Source: an uncultured Verrucomicrobiae bacterium (GTDB taxonomy: Bacteria > Verrucomicrobiota > Verrucomicrobiia > Chthoniobacterales > JAATET01). From it: DNA of 64,000 bases. Shown here piece after piece: positions 50,176 to 59,822 of the stretch. Position 1 is the stretch's first letter. The number at the start of each line of letters is the position of its first letter. Under the pieces are notes generated by a model. The model was not told where the DNA came from. It worked only from the letters and a program-made list of their open reading frames with translations, and did no database searches. The position numbers and the translations under genes were made by a program. The stretch covers positions 4,991 through 68,990 of the forward strand of contig CAWDOJ010000009.1 of assembly GCA_963803825.1 (NCBI GenBank). Direction: 5' to 3'.

Positions 50176-50601
50176 ATGAAAGCTCCCACTTACTTCCGCA
50201 CCCTCATCCCCGTTGCAATGGCCCTCATCCTTCCGGTCGTCGCCATCGCCGCCGACGACGAGCCGCAGCGCATCGCCTTCGGCGAGAAAGTCGACATCGA
50301 AAAATACGTCGTTCCGGGTAAGACCACGGTCTTTGATTTCACGAGTGAATACTGCCCACCCTGTGTCGCGATCGCCCCGCTGCTTCACGATTTGGACGCC
50401 AAGCGCGACGATCTCGTCATCGTCGAGGTCGACATCAACCGCGAAGGTGTCAAGGGGATCGATTGGTCTTCCCCGGTGACCGCTCAATACGGCATCCAGT
50501 CGGTGCCGAGCTTCAAGGTCTACGGACCCGACGGCAAGCTCACCGCTGAGAACGAGGAAGCCTACGAAATGGTCTCGGCTTGGCTCGAAGAAGAGTCTTA
50601 G
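50176..50601 (+). CDS. Periplasmic thioredoxin-like (TlpA/ResA-type) protein
   Basis: Signal peptide MKAPTYFRTLIPVAMALILPVVAIAA. TVFDFTSEYCPPCVAIAP (CPPC), SVPSFKVYG (cis-Pro region). Confidence 0.75.
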   Translation: MKAPTYFRTLIPVAMALILPVVAIAADDEPQRIAFGEKVDIEKYVVPGKTTVFDFTSEYCPPCVAIAPLLHDLDAKRDDLVIVEVDINREGVKGIDWSSPVTAQYGIQSVPSFKVYGPDGKLTAENEEAYEMVSAWLEEES

Positions 50602-50712
50602 CCTGCGGTCGACTTCCGGGGCGGGACATTGGCGATGACATGCCGAAGGGAGAGATCCGTTGTGAAAAAGCTTGCCAGGGAATTCGTTCAGACCTCATAA
50701 GTCTTCCATCCA

Positions 50713-51138
50713 ATGAAGTTTCCCGCCCTCTTCGCCGTTGCCCTCACAATCGGAGCCTCCGTCGCCCTTGCGGACATCCAAGCGCCTCCCGCGTCGGACT
50801 ATGGTCCGACTCGGAAACTAGGCCGCGGGATCAGCAACATCGCCTTCGGCTACACGGAGCTCACCGAGTCGATTGCGCGGGTCAATTACGCGGAAGGGAA
50901 TAGCGCAGCGTTCGGATACGGACTCGTTCGCGGCGTCGGGCGCTCGTTCGCTCGGCTTGGCTTTGGCGTCTACGAGACCTTGCTTTTCCCGTTTCCCACG
51001 AGCCGTGGCACTTACAGGCCGCCCTACCGCAGCGATATCCCTTGGATTCATTGCGGCTACGCGGAGTTCCCGCCTGAGCTTGGGTTCGAGTCGCGCTACG
51101 ATTACACTCGGACCTACCAGAAGAGCCCTTCGCTCTGA
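50713..51138 (+). CDS. Small secreted protein, resembles exosortase-associated TIGR04073 family
   Basis: Signal peptide. KLGRGISNIAFGYTEL...GLVRGVGRSFARLGFGVYETLLFPFP matches my recollection of the TIGR04073 pattern. Confidence 0.5.
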   Translation: MKFPALFAVALTIGASVALADIQAPPASDYGPTRKLGRGISNIAFGYTELTESIARVNYAEGNSAAFGYGLVRGVGRSFARLGFGVYETLLFPFPTSRGTYRPPYRSDIPWIHCGYAEFPPELGFESRYDYTRTYQKSPSL

Positions 51139-51258
51139 TCACCCGCCTAATTCGATTTTGCCGAGCGGCGGGGGCGCATCCCCGCCGCTCGTTTTTTGCC
51201 CCGAGGGGGCCGCGATGAGGCACGGGAATCGGCCGCCGGGCAGACTCGGCTCGACGGA

Positions 51259-53463
51259 ATGACCGCCGATGCTGCCATCCTCTCCTGGAATTTTCCGCCG
51301 TCGGTGGTCGCGGCACTCGTCCTCTCGGGGCTGCTCTACGTCCGCGGCTGGTTGAGGCTTCGCCATCAAGTCCCGGCCCGCTTCAGCTCCGGACACCTCG
51401 TCTCTTTTCTAGCGGGGCTTTTCACGATCCTGGTCGCGGTCTGCTCGCCGCTGGACGCCTTCGCGAACTTTCTCCTGAGCATCCACATGGTGCAGCACCT
51501 CCTGCTCACCATGCTGGCCCCGCCCCTTCTTCTCCTCGGCAATCCGTTTCTCCCGACTCTCTGGGGACTTCCGCGCGTGCTCCGAGTCGATGCACTCGGC
51601 CCTTTCCTCGTGTGGCCTCCTCTCAAACGCGTCGGTGCGACCTTGGTTCACCCACTTTTTGCGTGGACTGCCTTCGTGGTATCGAACGTGGGTTGGCACA
51701 TTCCCCCCTTTTACGATCTCACGTTGCGGAACGAAACGTGGCACCAGATCGAGCACGCTTCCTTCCTGCTCACGGCCATTCTCTTTTGGTGGTCCGTGGT
51801 CCTACCCTGGCCCAGTCGACCCGTCTGGCCGCGCTGGGCCGCGATTCCTTACCTTCTGCTCGCCGACTTGCAGAATACCGCCCTGGCCGGATTCATCACC
51901 TTCTACGGCAAAGTTCTCTACCCCACGTACGCCACCGCCCCGCGGGTCTCCGGTCTGAGCGCTCTCGATGACCAGGCGGCGGCGGGCGCGATCATGTGGG
52001 TACCCGGGTCCATCGCGTTCATCCTTCCTGCTGGCCTCATCGCGATCCGTTGCCTGAGCCCCGACCGGCGCACCCACCGGCGGCCCAGTCCCGCCGTCTC
52101 GCGCTCACCACGCGACGCCCGGCCAAACGCTCTCACGCAGTTCCTCGTCGCGATCCGACGCCCCGTGCAATTTCTACTCCTCGCTCTCGCCGCCATCATC
52201 ATCGTCGACGGTCTCACCGGTCCGAGCGTCGCCGCGCTCAACGCCGCGGGCGTCCTCCCGTGGACCCACTGGCGCGGCCTCAGCGTGATCGCCCTCCTCC
52301 TCGTCGGCAATGCCTTCTGCTACGCGTGCCCCTTCACGCTCTTCCGCGACATCGTCCAACGAGTCCAGTCAATCCTCCGCATCCCGCCGTCCACCCGCCC
52401 CTGGCCATGGCCGACCAAGTGGCTCCCCGTCGCACTGATCGCGGCCTACCTGTGGAGCTACGAAGCCTTCAGCCTCTGGAACGACCCCTGGTGGACCGCG
52501 ATCATCGTGCTCGGCTACTTCGGTGCCGCGACCACCATCGACGGTATCTTCCGGAACGGCACCTTCTGCAAATACGTCTGCCCGATCGGCCAGTTCCATT
52601 TCGTCCAATCCGTCGCCTCACCCACGGAAGTCCGGGTCTCGGATCCGACCGTTTGCCAATCTTGCCGCACCTACGACTGCATCAAGGGCAACACCGCCCA
52701 GCGAGGCTGCGAGCTGGATCTCTTCCAACCTCGCAAGTCCGGCAACGTCGATTGCACCTTCTGCCTCGACTGCGTGAGCGCTTGTCCGCACGACAACGTG
52801 GCCATCCAACCCACCGTCCCCGGAGCCGATGTACTCCGAGATCTTCCCCGCTCCTCGGTCGGTCGCTACGATAATCGCCCCGACCTAGCCGCGCTCGTTC
52901 TCCTGCTCACGTTCGGAGCCTTCGCCAATGCTGCCGCGATGACGGCACCGATCCAGGCTTACGCCTCCTCGACTGGACTGAGTCACCTTCTGTTCACGAC
53001 CCTCTTCCTCGTCGCCACCCTGTTCTTGGCCCCAGTGACCCTCACCCTCGCCGCCGCCACCATCTCGGCCCTCGGCCAAACGAGCGGCGCGATCAAAGCA
53101 TCTGTCTGGCAAACTCGATGGGCGACGGTCTGTCGCTACTCGATGGCGCTGGCTCCCCTGGGATTCGGGATGTGGCTGGCACACTTTTCGTTCCATTTCA
53201 TCACCGGATTTCTCAGTTTCGTTCCCGTCGTCCTGCGCCTCGTCGGCTTCCCGGGGGGAGTCGCGCCCGTGGTCTCGTGGGAGGGGTTGATCGGTTTGGA
53301 GATCTTGCTGCTCGACGCAGGCTTCCTACTCTCACTTTTACTCATTTACCGGACGGACTCGCGCTGGCGGGCGGTTCTGCCCTGGGCTGCGGTCGCAACG
53401 CTGCTTTTCATCGCCGGGATTTGGGTTATCTTCCAACCCATGCAGATGCGGGGGATGATATGA
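51259..53463 (+). CDS. Fusion: CtaG-like (caa3-type cytochrome oxidase assembly, PF09678-like) membrane domain + CcoG/FixG/NapH-like 4Fe-4S polyferredoxin membrane domain
   Basis: N-terminal half: SIHMVQHLLL, HQIEHASFLL, DDQAAAGAIMWVPGS. C-terminal half: FCYACPF, GTFCKYVCPIGQF, CQSCRTYDC, CTFCLDCVSACPHDN, then about 5 more TM helices. The ORF opens at 51196. Confidence 0.7.
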   Translation: MTADAAILSWNFPPSVVAALVLSGLLYVRGWLRLRHQVPARFSSGHLVSFLAGLFTILVAVCSPLDAFANFLLSIHMVQHLLLTMLAPPLLLLGNPFLPTLWGLPRVLRVDALGPFLVWPPLKRVGATLVHPLFAWTAFVVSNVGWHIPPFYDLTLRNETWHQIEHASFLLTAILFWWSVVLPWPSRPVWPRWAAIPYLLLADLQNTALAGFITFYGKVLYPTYATAPRVSGLSALDDQAAAGAIMWVPGSIAFILPAGLIAIRCLSPDRRTHRRPSPAVSRSPRDARPNALTQFLVAIRRPVQFLLLALAAIIIVDGLTGPSVAALNAAGVLPWTHWRGLSVIALLLVGNAFCYACPFTLFRDIVQRVQSILRIPPSTRPWPWPTKWLPVALIAAYLWSYEAFSLWNDPWWTAIIVLGYFGAATTIDGIFRNGTFCKYVCPIGQFHFVQSVASPTEVRVSDPTVCQSCRTYDCIKGNTAQRGCELDLFQPRKSGNVDCTFCLDCVSACPHDNVAIQPTVPGADVLRDLPRSSVGRYDNRPDLAALVLLLTFGAFANAAAMTAPIQAYASSTGLSHLLFTTLFLVATLFLAPVTLTLAAATISALGQTSGAIKASVWQTRWATVCRYSMALAPLGFGMWLAHFSFHFITGFLSFVPVVLRLVGFPGGVAPVVSWEGLIGLEILLLDAGFLLSLLLIYRTDSRWRAVLPWAAVATLLFIAGIWVIFQPMQMRGMI

Positions 53464-54017
53464 CCATGATGACACGCTGGTTCACATCTGTCCTGGCTTT
53501 CGCTGGGATGCTCTCGATCGTCCACGCGGACGGTGGGGCCGTGATCTCGAGTGAGGTCGTGGGGTCACACCGAGTGACCGTCATTTCCGATCCTGCCGTC
53601 CTTCGAGCTGGGCCGGTCGACTTCAGCGTCCTCGTGCAAGATGCTCGCACGGACGAGCCCGTCCCCGACGCGAGCGTTGCCTTCACGCTCGCCGAGACGG
53701 GTCGGACCGATGCGGCGGAGTCGGCGGAAGCGTGGGTGTCGCCGTGTTGCGTCGTTCCCTCGTTCAACCGAGACCGCATCCCGGCGACCCACGAAGCCGC
53801 CCAGAACAAACTTTTGCAAGCCGCGACCGTCATTTTGCCGACGGCTGGTGACTACGAGTTGACGACCTACGTCGCTAGCCAGCTTGGCCAAGCGACAGTG
53901 TTAGCTCCCATCACCGCTTTGGCACCCGCCTCTCCGCTGGCGACTTTCTGGCCCGCGCTGGCGCTCCCAGGAGCCGCCATCGGCTTGTTTGCTCTGCGTG
54001 AGCGGATCAGCCGCTAG
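53460..54017 (+). CDS. Secreted protein, possibly FixH/YtkA-like Ig-fold
   Basis: ATGA overlap with the upstream gene. Signal peptide MTMMTRWFTSVLAFAGMLSIVHA. The functional guess rests on beta-rich sequence and position after the CcoG-like domain. Confidence 0.4.
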   Translation: MTMMTRWFTSVLAFAGMLSIVHADGGAVISSEVVGSHRVTVISDPAVLRAGPVDFSVLVQDARTDEPVPDASVAFTLAETGRTDAAESAEAWVSPCCVVPSFNRDRIPATHEAAQNKLLQAATVILPTAGDYELTTYVASQLGQATVLAPITALAPASPLATFWPALALPGAAIGLFALRERISR

Positions 54018-54380
54018 CTAGTTTGATCCGGCATTCGGGACTTCGAACGTCTGACGCATCACGTGGTAGACGACCGGAATCACACCTCCATCTCGCCGCA
54101 CCCGCAGCTCGACGGACGTGAAAGGCTCCCCCCGGAGCAGAGCGGCAGCTGCTTCGAGTGATACGCCCGCCACCGTGGTGCCGTCGATCGCGAGGATCTG
54201 GTCGCCCGCCCGCAGACCCGCCGCTTCGGCCGGACCATTGGGCAGGACGTTCGCCACGACCAAGGTCTCGTCCCGCAGCCGGATCTCGGCAGCAACGCCG
54301 CTCATCTCGTCCGCTTCAACCAGGCCGACCGCGCATCCGAGCACGACCCACGTCGCGATGGTCCGCAAGCTCCTCACCAC
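54018..54380 (-). CDS. Small PDZ-domain protein with N-terminal signal/anchor
   Basis: VVANVLPNGPAEAAGLRAGDQILAIDGTTV is a canonical PDZ core. Confidence 0.6.
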   Translation of the reverse strand: MVRSLRTIATWVVLGCAVGLVEADEMSGVAAEIRLRDETLVVANVLPNGPAEAAGLRAGDQILAIDGTTVAGVSLEAAAALLRGEPFTSVELRVRRDGGVIPVVYHVMRQTFEVPNAGSN

Positions 54381-54389
54381 CGCAGGACG

Positions 54390-54986
54390 CTAGAACGACA
54401 CCTCGGGAACTTCTCGTTCCTCCGAGTCTTCGATTCTGAAGAGTTCCGCCGCAGCGAACTGGAACATGCCCGCCACAAAATTCGTTGGGAACACTTCGCG
54501 CTTCGTGTTGTAGACCATCACCGCATCATTGTAAGACTGCCGAGCGAAGGAGACTTTGTTCTCGGTGGAAGTCAATTCCTCCTGGAGTGCCAGCATGTTT
54601 TGGTTTCCCTTCAGATCTGGGTAGGCTTCGGACACCATCATCAGGCGACCGAGCGCGCCGCTGAGACCGCTCTCGGCCGCCGCAAGTTCCCGCATGGCCG
54701 CCGGGTCGCCGGGGTCCGCCGCCGCTTTTGATCCGGCAGACATCGCCGTCGTTCGGGCCGCGGTGACCGCTTCGAGCGTCTCGCGCTCGTGGGACAGGTA
54801 GCCCTTGGCCGTGTCCACCAAGTTCGGGATCAGGTCGTTGCGCCGCTTGAGTTGGACGTCGATCTGGGCGAAGGCGTTCTTGAAGCGATTGCGCAGACCG
54901 ACAAGCGCGTTGTATTGACCAACGAAATACAACCCAATCAAGGCCGCGAGCACGACTAAGCCGATGAGAATACCGAGTGCAACCAT
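54390..54986 (-). CDS. LemA family protein
   Basis: TM then QYNALVGLRNRFKNAFAQIDVQLKRRNDLIPNLV...EAYPDLKGNQNMLALQEEL...YNDAVMVYN. Start trimmed to MVALGIL (198 aa). Confidence 0.88.
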   Translation of the reverse strand: MVALGILIGLVVLAALIGLYFVGQYNALVGLRNRFKNAFAQIDVQLKRRNDLIPNLVDTAKGYLSHERETLEAVTAARTTAMSAGSKAAADPGDPAAMRELAAAESGLSGALGRLMMVSEAYPDLKGNQNMLALQEELTSTENKVSFARQSYNDAVMVYNTKREVFPTNFVAGMFQFAAAELFRIEDSEEREVPEVSF

Positions 54987-55079
54987 CCGCGAACGATGCG
55001 CTCGGCGGCGAAGCCGCGCAATGCGGAAATTTCGACGTTTTCCCTCGGAATCTCCCCGGCTCTCTGTATCACCAAACGC

Positions 55080-55883
55080 ATGCCGATCCACGCCGTTCTC
55101 TTCGACCTCGACGATACCCTCATCGTCGACGCCGCCGTCACCAAGGAAGCTATCGCCACGACCTCGGCGATGGCCTTCGTTCAGCTCGGCGCCAACGAAG
55201 CTGCCTTTCAACGGTCGGTTCTCTCCCACGCCCCCCGGCTCGCCAACGCCTCCAGCGTCCGCCCATTCTGCAAGCGGATCGGGATCTCCCCGTTCGAATG
55301 CCTCTGGGGAAAATTCACGACCGACACCCCGGACTTCCGCGCTTTGCGCGAGTGGGCCGAAGTCTACCGAGTCCAAGTCTTCGACGCCGCGCTGCGCGAT
55401 CAGCAGCTCGACGGTGCCGACGTCGCCGAGGGTCTCGCCAGCGCCTACGCTCAGACCCGCCGCCGCCTCGCTCGGTTGATGCCCGACGCGATGGAGGTCC
55501 TCGTCCGCCTGTCGTCACGCTACCGCGTGGGTCTGCTCACGAACGGAGCACCGGACCTGCAGCGTGAGAAGATCGCCGCCAGCGGCCTCGGCGGGTTTTT
55601 CGATGCCATCGCGATCTCGGGCGAACACGACATCGGCAAGCCTGCGGCCGAGATCTTCCATCGTCTCTTGGCCGAACTCGACGCTCCGAAGAACGAAGCG
55701 GTGATGATCGGAAACAGCCTCGAACGCGACATCGCCGGAGCGACAAACGCGGGCCTCCCGAGCATCTGGATCCAGGTCCCCGGCTCGGAAGAGACGGCGG
55801 ACGTCACCCCGACCGCGACCATCCGGACCCTCGCCGAGCTTCCGAATCTCGTCGAACAACTGGGCGGCGCGGCGGTCGCCTAG
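55080..55883 (+). CDS. HAD-superfamily hydrolase (subfamily IA)
   Basis: Motif I VLFDLDDTL, motif II LLTNG, motif III/IV GKP...MIGNSLERDI. Confidence 0.8.
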   Translation: MPIHAVLFDLDDTLIVDAAVTKEAIATTSAMAFVQLGANEAAFQRSVLSHAPRLANASSVRPFCKRIGISPFECLWGKFTTDTPDFRALREWAEVYRVQVFDAALRDQQLDGADVAEGLASAYAQTRRRLARLMPDAMEVLVRLSSRYRVGLLTNGAPDLQREKIAASGLGGFFDAIAISGEHDIGKPAAEIFHRLLAELDAPKNEAVMIGNSLERDIAGATNAGLPSIWIQVPGSEETADVTPTATIRTLAELPNLVEQLGGAAVA

Positions 55884-55904
55884 CGCTCCCTCCCCCCCCG
55901 ACGC

Positions 55905-56807
55905 ATGGGCACACCCTTCCTCGATCGCCTGCCCCGACCAATCCGACGGCTTCTTGAAGCGATCCAGCTCTACATCCTGATCGGCGGGGAACAAAGGGCG
56001 GCAGCGTTTGCCTACTACGCACTATTTTCGATCGTCCCGCTAGCCGCACTCATCCTTTCCATCGGATCATTCTTATTCGATTCGAGCGACATCCAATCGG
56101 CCATCGCGAACTTCGCGCCCGTGTCCGAAGCGCAACGCCTCCTTATCTTCACGTCCGTTGATAATCTCGAGCGCGTCCGCGGGAGCGTGGGCGTCCTGTC
56201 GGTCACGATCCTCATCTGGACGGCGCTCCGCTTTTTCCAAGCTCTGGTCCTCGCGGTGAACGAAGCCTGGCGGACGGCGGCCATTCCGTGGTGGCAGGTC
56301 CCACTCAAGAGCTTGCTCATGGTCGCTGTGATCGGCACGGCCTTTGTGCTCGGGATCGTGATTCCCGCGCTCATCCAAGTGGTCCGGCAGGTCGCCGAAT
56401 CGCTCGAGCACATTCTTGCGGTCACCGTCCCCGGCATCGATCTGGCTGCGATCTTTGCGGTCCTCGATTGGTCGCGCTACCTCGTGAGCGCCATCGTCCT
56501 GTTCTACGCCTTCGCGATGCTCTACCGACTCGCGCCGCGCCGTCGCTCGAACGTCCGCTTCTCCCAAGTTTGGCTGCCCGCCCTCCTGGTGAGTGTATTC
56601 CTCCAAGTGGTGCAGGTCGGCTTCGTGACGCTGTTGCCCCGGTTCATCAACTACTCCGAGATCTACGGTTCGATCAGCAGCATCATGCTCCTGCTCCTCT
56701 GGGTCTACGTTTCCGGGCAGATCATCATCATCGGCGGCTGCCTGTGCGCCGTGATCGCGAAGTCGTCGGTCGATCTCAGACCACCGCCTATTCCAGCCAA
56801 TTCATGA
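55905..56807 (+). CDS. YihY/BrkB (ribonuclease BN-like) family membrane protein
   Basis: GGEQRAAAFAYYALFSIVPL and 6 TM segments are typical of YihY. Confidence 0.8.
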   Translation: MGTPFLDRLPRPIRRLLEAIQLYILIGGEQRAAAFAYYALFSIVPLAALILSIGSFLFDSSDIQSAIANFAPVSEAQRLLIFTSVDNLERVRGSVGVLSVTILIWTALRFFQALVLAVNEAWRTAAIPWWQVPLKSLLMVAVIGTAFVLGIVIPALIQVVRQVAESLEHILAVTVPGIDLAAIFAVLDWSRYLVSAIVLFYAFAMLYRLAPRRRSNVRFSQVWLPALLVSVFLQVVQVGFVTLLPRFINYSEIYGSISSIMLLLLWVYVSGQIIIIGGCLCAVIAKSSVDLRPPPIPANS

Positions 56808-56937
56808 CGTTGAAGTCGGTCGACACCGCGAAGGCGATGATGACCGCCGTCACCAAGGCGCCAGAGACCACGAAAATCGCACCCCCTAGCAGCAATCGAC
56901 GAATCAACAAATCTTCGGAATCGGGCGCTTCGGGCAT
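56788..56937 (-). CDS. Possible small membrane protein (49 aa)
   Basis: MPEAPDSEDLLIRRLLLGGAIFVVSGALVTAVIIAFAV... downstream of der. ORF only. Confidence 0.25.
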   Translation of the reverse strand: MPEAPDSEDLLIRRLLLGGAIFVVSGALVTAVIIAFAVSTDFNVMNWLE

Positions 56938-57020
56938 GGCGGGAAAATAGGACCCGTCTCCGGCGGTCGTCAAGACGGAGAATGAACAAAGCCACCGGGC
57001 TGGGCGCGGCGCTTTCAGCT

Positions 57021-58433
57021 TCATTGCACCTCCGGTTTCTTGCGGCGGCTCCCGCCGCCGCTCCCGGGCGCGGTGCGATCCCGGGGTTTGCGGCCCTTGA
57101 GTTTGAAGGCAATCGGAAGCCCGGGATACTCGCGCTCCTCGCGGATTCGTGCGGAGAGAAAGCTCTCGTAGCTGTCCGACAGTTTGCGTGGATCGTTGAC
57201 GAAAAGCAGGAACTCGACGCGCCCGTAGGGCCGGGCCTCGGGTTTACTGACCTGCGTCGCGTAGAGAATCTTGAAGCGCCGACCACTGCGGATCGGCGGC
57301 GGCTGGCGCTCGACCGCCAGGGCGAGGATGCGGTTCAGCTCGCCGGTGCCGATCTTGCGCTGGGCGTGCTGCCGGACCTTCTCGATCATGTTGAACAGCC
57401 GCGGGAGGTTCGTTTGGTCCTTCGCCGAGACGACGACGATGGGCGCGTAACTCAGAAAAAACATCTCCGCACGAATGCGATCAAGTTTCTCTTTCAAGAC
57501 CTCGCGCTCGTTCTGACCATCCTCCGGCTTCACGAGATCCCATTTGTTCAGCACGATGATAGCCGCCTTCTTCGCTTCCTGCATGAGGCCCGCGATCTTT
57601 TTGTCCTGGGTGGTCACGCCCATCGTGGCGTCGATGACGATAATGTTCAGGTCCGCGCGAGAGATCGCGTTCTCCGAACGCATCACGCTGAAGACTTCGA
57701 CCGACGTGTTGTGCTTCGACCGGTGGCGAATGCCCGCCGTGTCGACGAGGATAAATTTTCTCCCGTCAAATTCGTAGGGGATGTCGATGGCGTCCCGCGT
57801 CGTCCCGGCGATCTCGCTCACGATGGTGCGCTTGTCGTTAAGCAGTGCGTTGATGAGGGAAGATTTACCGACGTTTGGGCGACCGATGATCGCGATCTTC
57901 GGCGGATGTTCGTCCGCGTCGGCTTCGTCATCCGCGCCCGTCAGGTCGACGCGCTCTTCGATGCGGGCGACGAGGCCGCCGATACCTCGCCCGTGCGCGG
58001 CGCTCACGCCTTCGATGAATTCGAAACCCATGCGGGAGAATTCGCCGAGCATCATGTTGTGTTTGTCGGTGTCGATCTTGTTGACGACGAGGACGGTCTT
58101 CTTAGCCGAGCGGCGCACCTTCTCCGCCAGCTCCGCGTCGAGCGGCGTCACGCCCAGCTGCCCATCGACGACCAGGAGCAGCAGGTCAGCCGTCGCGATC
58201 GCCACGTCGGCGGCAAAGTGCGTCTCCTCGGAGAAATCCGGGTCCGGCTCCGCGCCGATCCCGCCGGTATCGACGATCTCGAAGGGTTCACTAGCGAGGC
58301 GACAGACAGAGTTGATTCTGTCCCGCGTGACCCCAGCTTGATCGTGCACGATCGAGATGTTGCGCCCAGCGAGGCGATTAAAGAGAGCGGATTTCCCGAC
58401 GTTCGGGCGCCCGACGATGGCGATGGTTTTCAT
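57021..58433 (-). CDS. der: Ribosome-associated GTPase Der (EngA)
   Basis: Tandem G domains GRPNVGKSALFN / DTGG / NKID and GRPNVGKSSLIN / DTAG / NKWD, plus a KH-like C-terminus. Confidence 0.96.
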   Translation of the reverse strand: MKTIAIVGRPNVGKSALFNRLAGRNISIVHDQAGVTRDRINSVCRLASEPFEIVDTGGIGAEPDPDFSEETHFAADVAIATADLLLLVVDGQLGVTPLDAELAEKVRRSAKKTVLVVNKIDTDKHNMMLGEFSRMGFEFIEGVSAAHGRGIGGLVARIEERVDLTGADDEADADEHPPKIAIIGRPNVGKSSLINALLNDKRTIVSEIAGTTRDAIDIPYEFDGRKFILVDTAGIRHRSKHNTSVEVFSVMRSENAISRADLNIIVIDATMGVTTQDKKIAGLMQEAKKAAIIVLNKWDLVKPEDGQNEREVLKEKLDRIRAEMFFLSYAPIVVVSAKDQTNLPRLFNMIEKVRQHAQRKIGTGELNRILALAVERQPPPIRSGRRFKILYATQVSKPEARPYGRVEFLLFVNDPRKLSDSYESFLSARIREEREYPGLPIAFKLKGRKPRDRTAPGSGGGSRRKKPEVQ

Positions 58434-58625
58434 GGGTGCGGTTTAGCTTCGGAGTGGGAAGATCGACGAATCTCCCGGATCTCGTAGTCCACCCCGCTGA
58501 CGAAGGTAAACATGCTCGCCGTCCAAACCACACCTTCATTGTGCGGAATCTGCAGCATCGCCCCCGAGACAGCGACCATGGGCAGCAGTTGGGCCGAACA
58601 TAATTCTTAGATCTCCCCTCCTCCC

Positions 58626-59816
58626 GTGACTAACGTCGCGTCCGTGTTGAGCGCTTATCCCACCAACCTGCTCGCCGCCGGGGTGCTGGCCGGTCTCAGC
58701 GCGCTCGTTCATCCGAGCACCCGGCGGGCGCTCGGGTGCGGTGCCGCTTGTCTCGCCCGCTACCCCGACGCCTGGCGCGTGCCCGCCCTGTTCGGGCTGG
58801 CCTACGGACTCTTCGGTGCCGCTGCGATTCTCCTCGTGCGCGTTCGCGAGCGGGATGATCTTTGGCTCTGGGCAAACGATTTCGCCACGCGACTCCCCCC
58901 GCCCGCCGCCAGCGAATTGATCGATTGGACTTGGCGTTCGGCTCTCGATACGACCGGGAGCACCTTTCACATCTTCACGCTCACCTTCCCCGTCTCCGCT
59001 CTTCTGGCGATTCGCTTCCTCCTCAACGTCGACGGCGTCTTCGGCGTGCTTCGAGCAGCTTTCGCACAACGCCTCCCGCGCACGGGCACTCTCCTTCTCG
59101 TCGGCCTCACGCTGTCGGCACTCATGGCCATCGCCAAACCGGTCGTCATCCTCTCCCTTCCCGAGCTGACCGCGATCATCCCGCAAACCTTGGTTCTCGG
59201 CGGCGGGGCGTTTGTCAACTTCGGGGCGCTTCCGTTCGAGTTGCTGCTCGGCTTTTTTCTGCTCACCTACTTTTCCCTCATCGCCCGCCTTTGGCGACGC
59301 GGCTCGAGATTGGACCACCGCGATCTCATTCACCTCACCTGTCGCCGATTGGCCCGTGTCTCCCGATGGGCGCTTGTCTTCCTCGCGGTAGCGTCTTTCT
59401 TGATCGTTCTTCCGAACCTTGGCGCCAACCTCGCCGACCTCCCGTTCCTCTCCGCCTACGTGACCCACTGGGCCTCTCCCATCTTCTGCGCCTTCCTCTT
59501 CGGCACGGTTCTCGTTCCGATCACGCTGATCTTCCGGAACCTTTCGCTGCGCGCTGCGTGGATCAGCGTCGTCCGAACGAAAGCATCCCAGCTTGCCGCT
59601 GCCGCGCTCTTTCTGTCCTTCGCCACGATCTCGAACCTCGTCCTGGCTGCCGCTGCGGGCTTCCTTTCCGCCGTCTTCGGCCACGAATCCGTCGCCGCGC
59701 TCGCCGGGCGCTGCGGACTCGCCGTCGCGGCAGGCGTCCTGACCGGATGGCTTGTCGTCTCGTGGGCTTGCCTCTACCAATCCCGGATCCCATCGCGACT
59801 GCCCGTCGAAAGGTAA
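58626..59816 (+). CDS. Hypothetical polytopic membrane protein (about 10 TM)
   Basis: Hydrophobic periodicity and high GC3 on the + frame. The antisense 414-aa ORF is a charge-rich artefact. No family recognised. Confidence 0.55.
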   Translation: MTNVASVLSAYPTNLLAAGVLAGLSALVHPSTRRALGCGAACLARYPDAWRVPALFGLAYGLFGAAAILLVRVRERDDLWLWANDFATRLPPPAASELIDWTWRSALDTTGSTFHIFTLTFPVSALLAIRFLLNVDGVFGVLRAAFAQRLPRTGTLLLVGLTLSALMAIAKPVVILSLPELTAIIPQTLVLGGGAFVNFGALPFELLLGFFLLTYFSLIARLWRRGSRLDHRDLIHLTCRRLARVSRWALVFLAVASFLIVLPNLGANLADLPFLSAYVTHWASPIFCAFLFGTVLVPITLIFRNLSLRAAWISVVRTKASQLAAAALFLSFATISNLVLAAAAGFLSAVFGHESVAALAGRCGLAVAAGVLTGWLVVSWACLYQSRIPSRLPVER

Positions 59817-59822
59817 ACCAAC

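Noticed and set aside
51196-53463. CtaG::polyferredoxin fusion as another frameshift artefact.
   Set aside because: Both halves are in one continuous frame with a plausible basic linker and TM topology. An indel would break an ORF rather than fuse two in-frame ones unless two compensating errors occurred. It still deserves read-level confirmation.
54987-55376. N-terminal 130-aa extension of the LemA ORF. The same applies to the 5' extensions of ORFs 25152..26471, 34455..36167, 43340..44929 and 53118..54017.
   Set aside because: The extensions are low-complexity. They overlap neighbouring genes or promoters and precede internal ATGs that match the canonical family N-termini or signal peptides.
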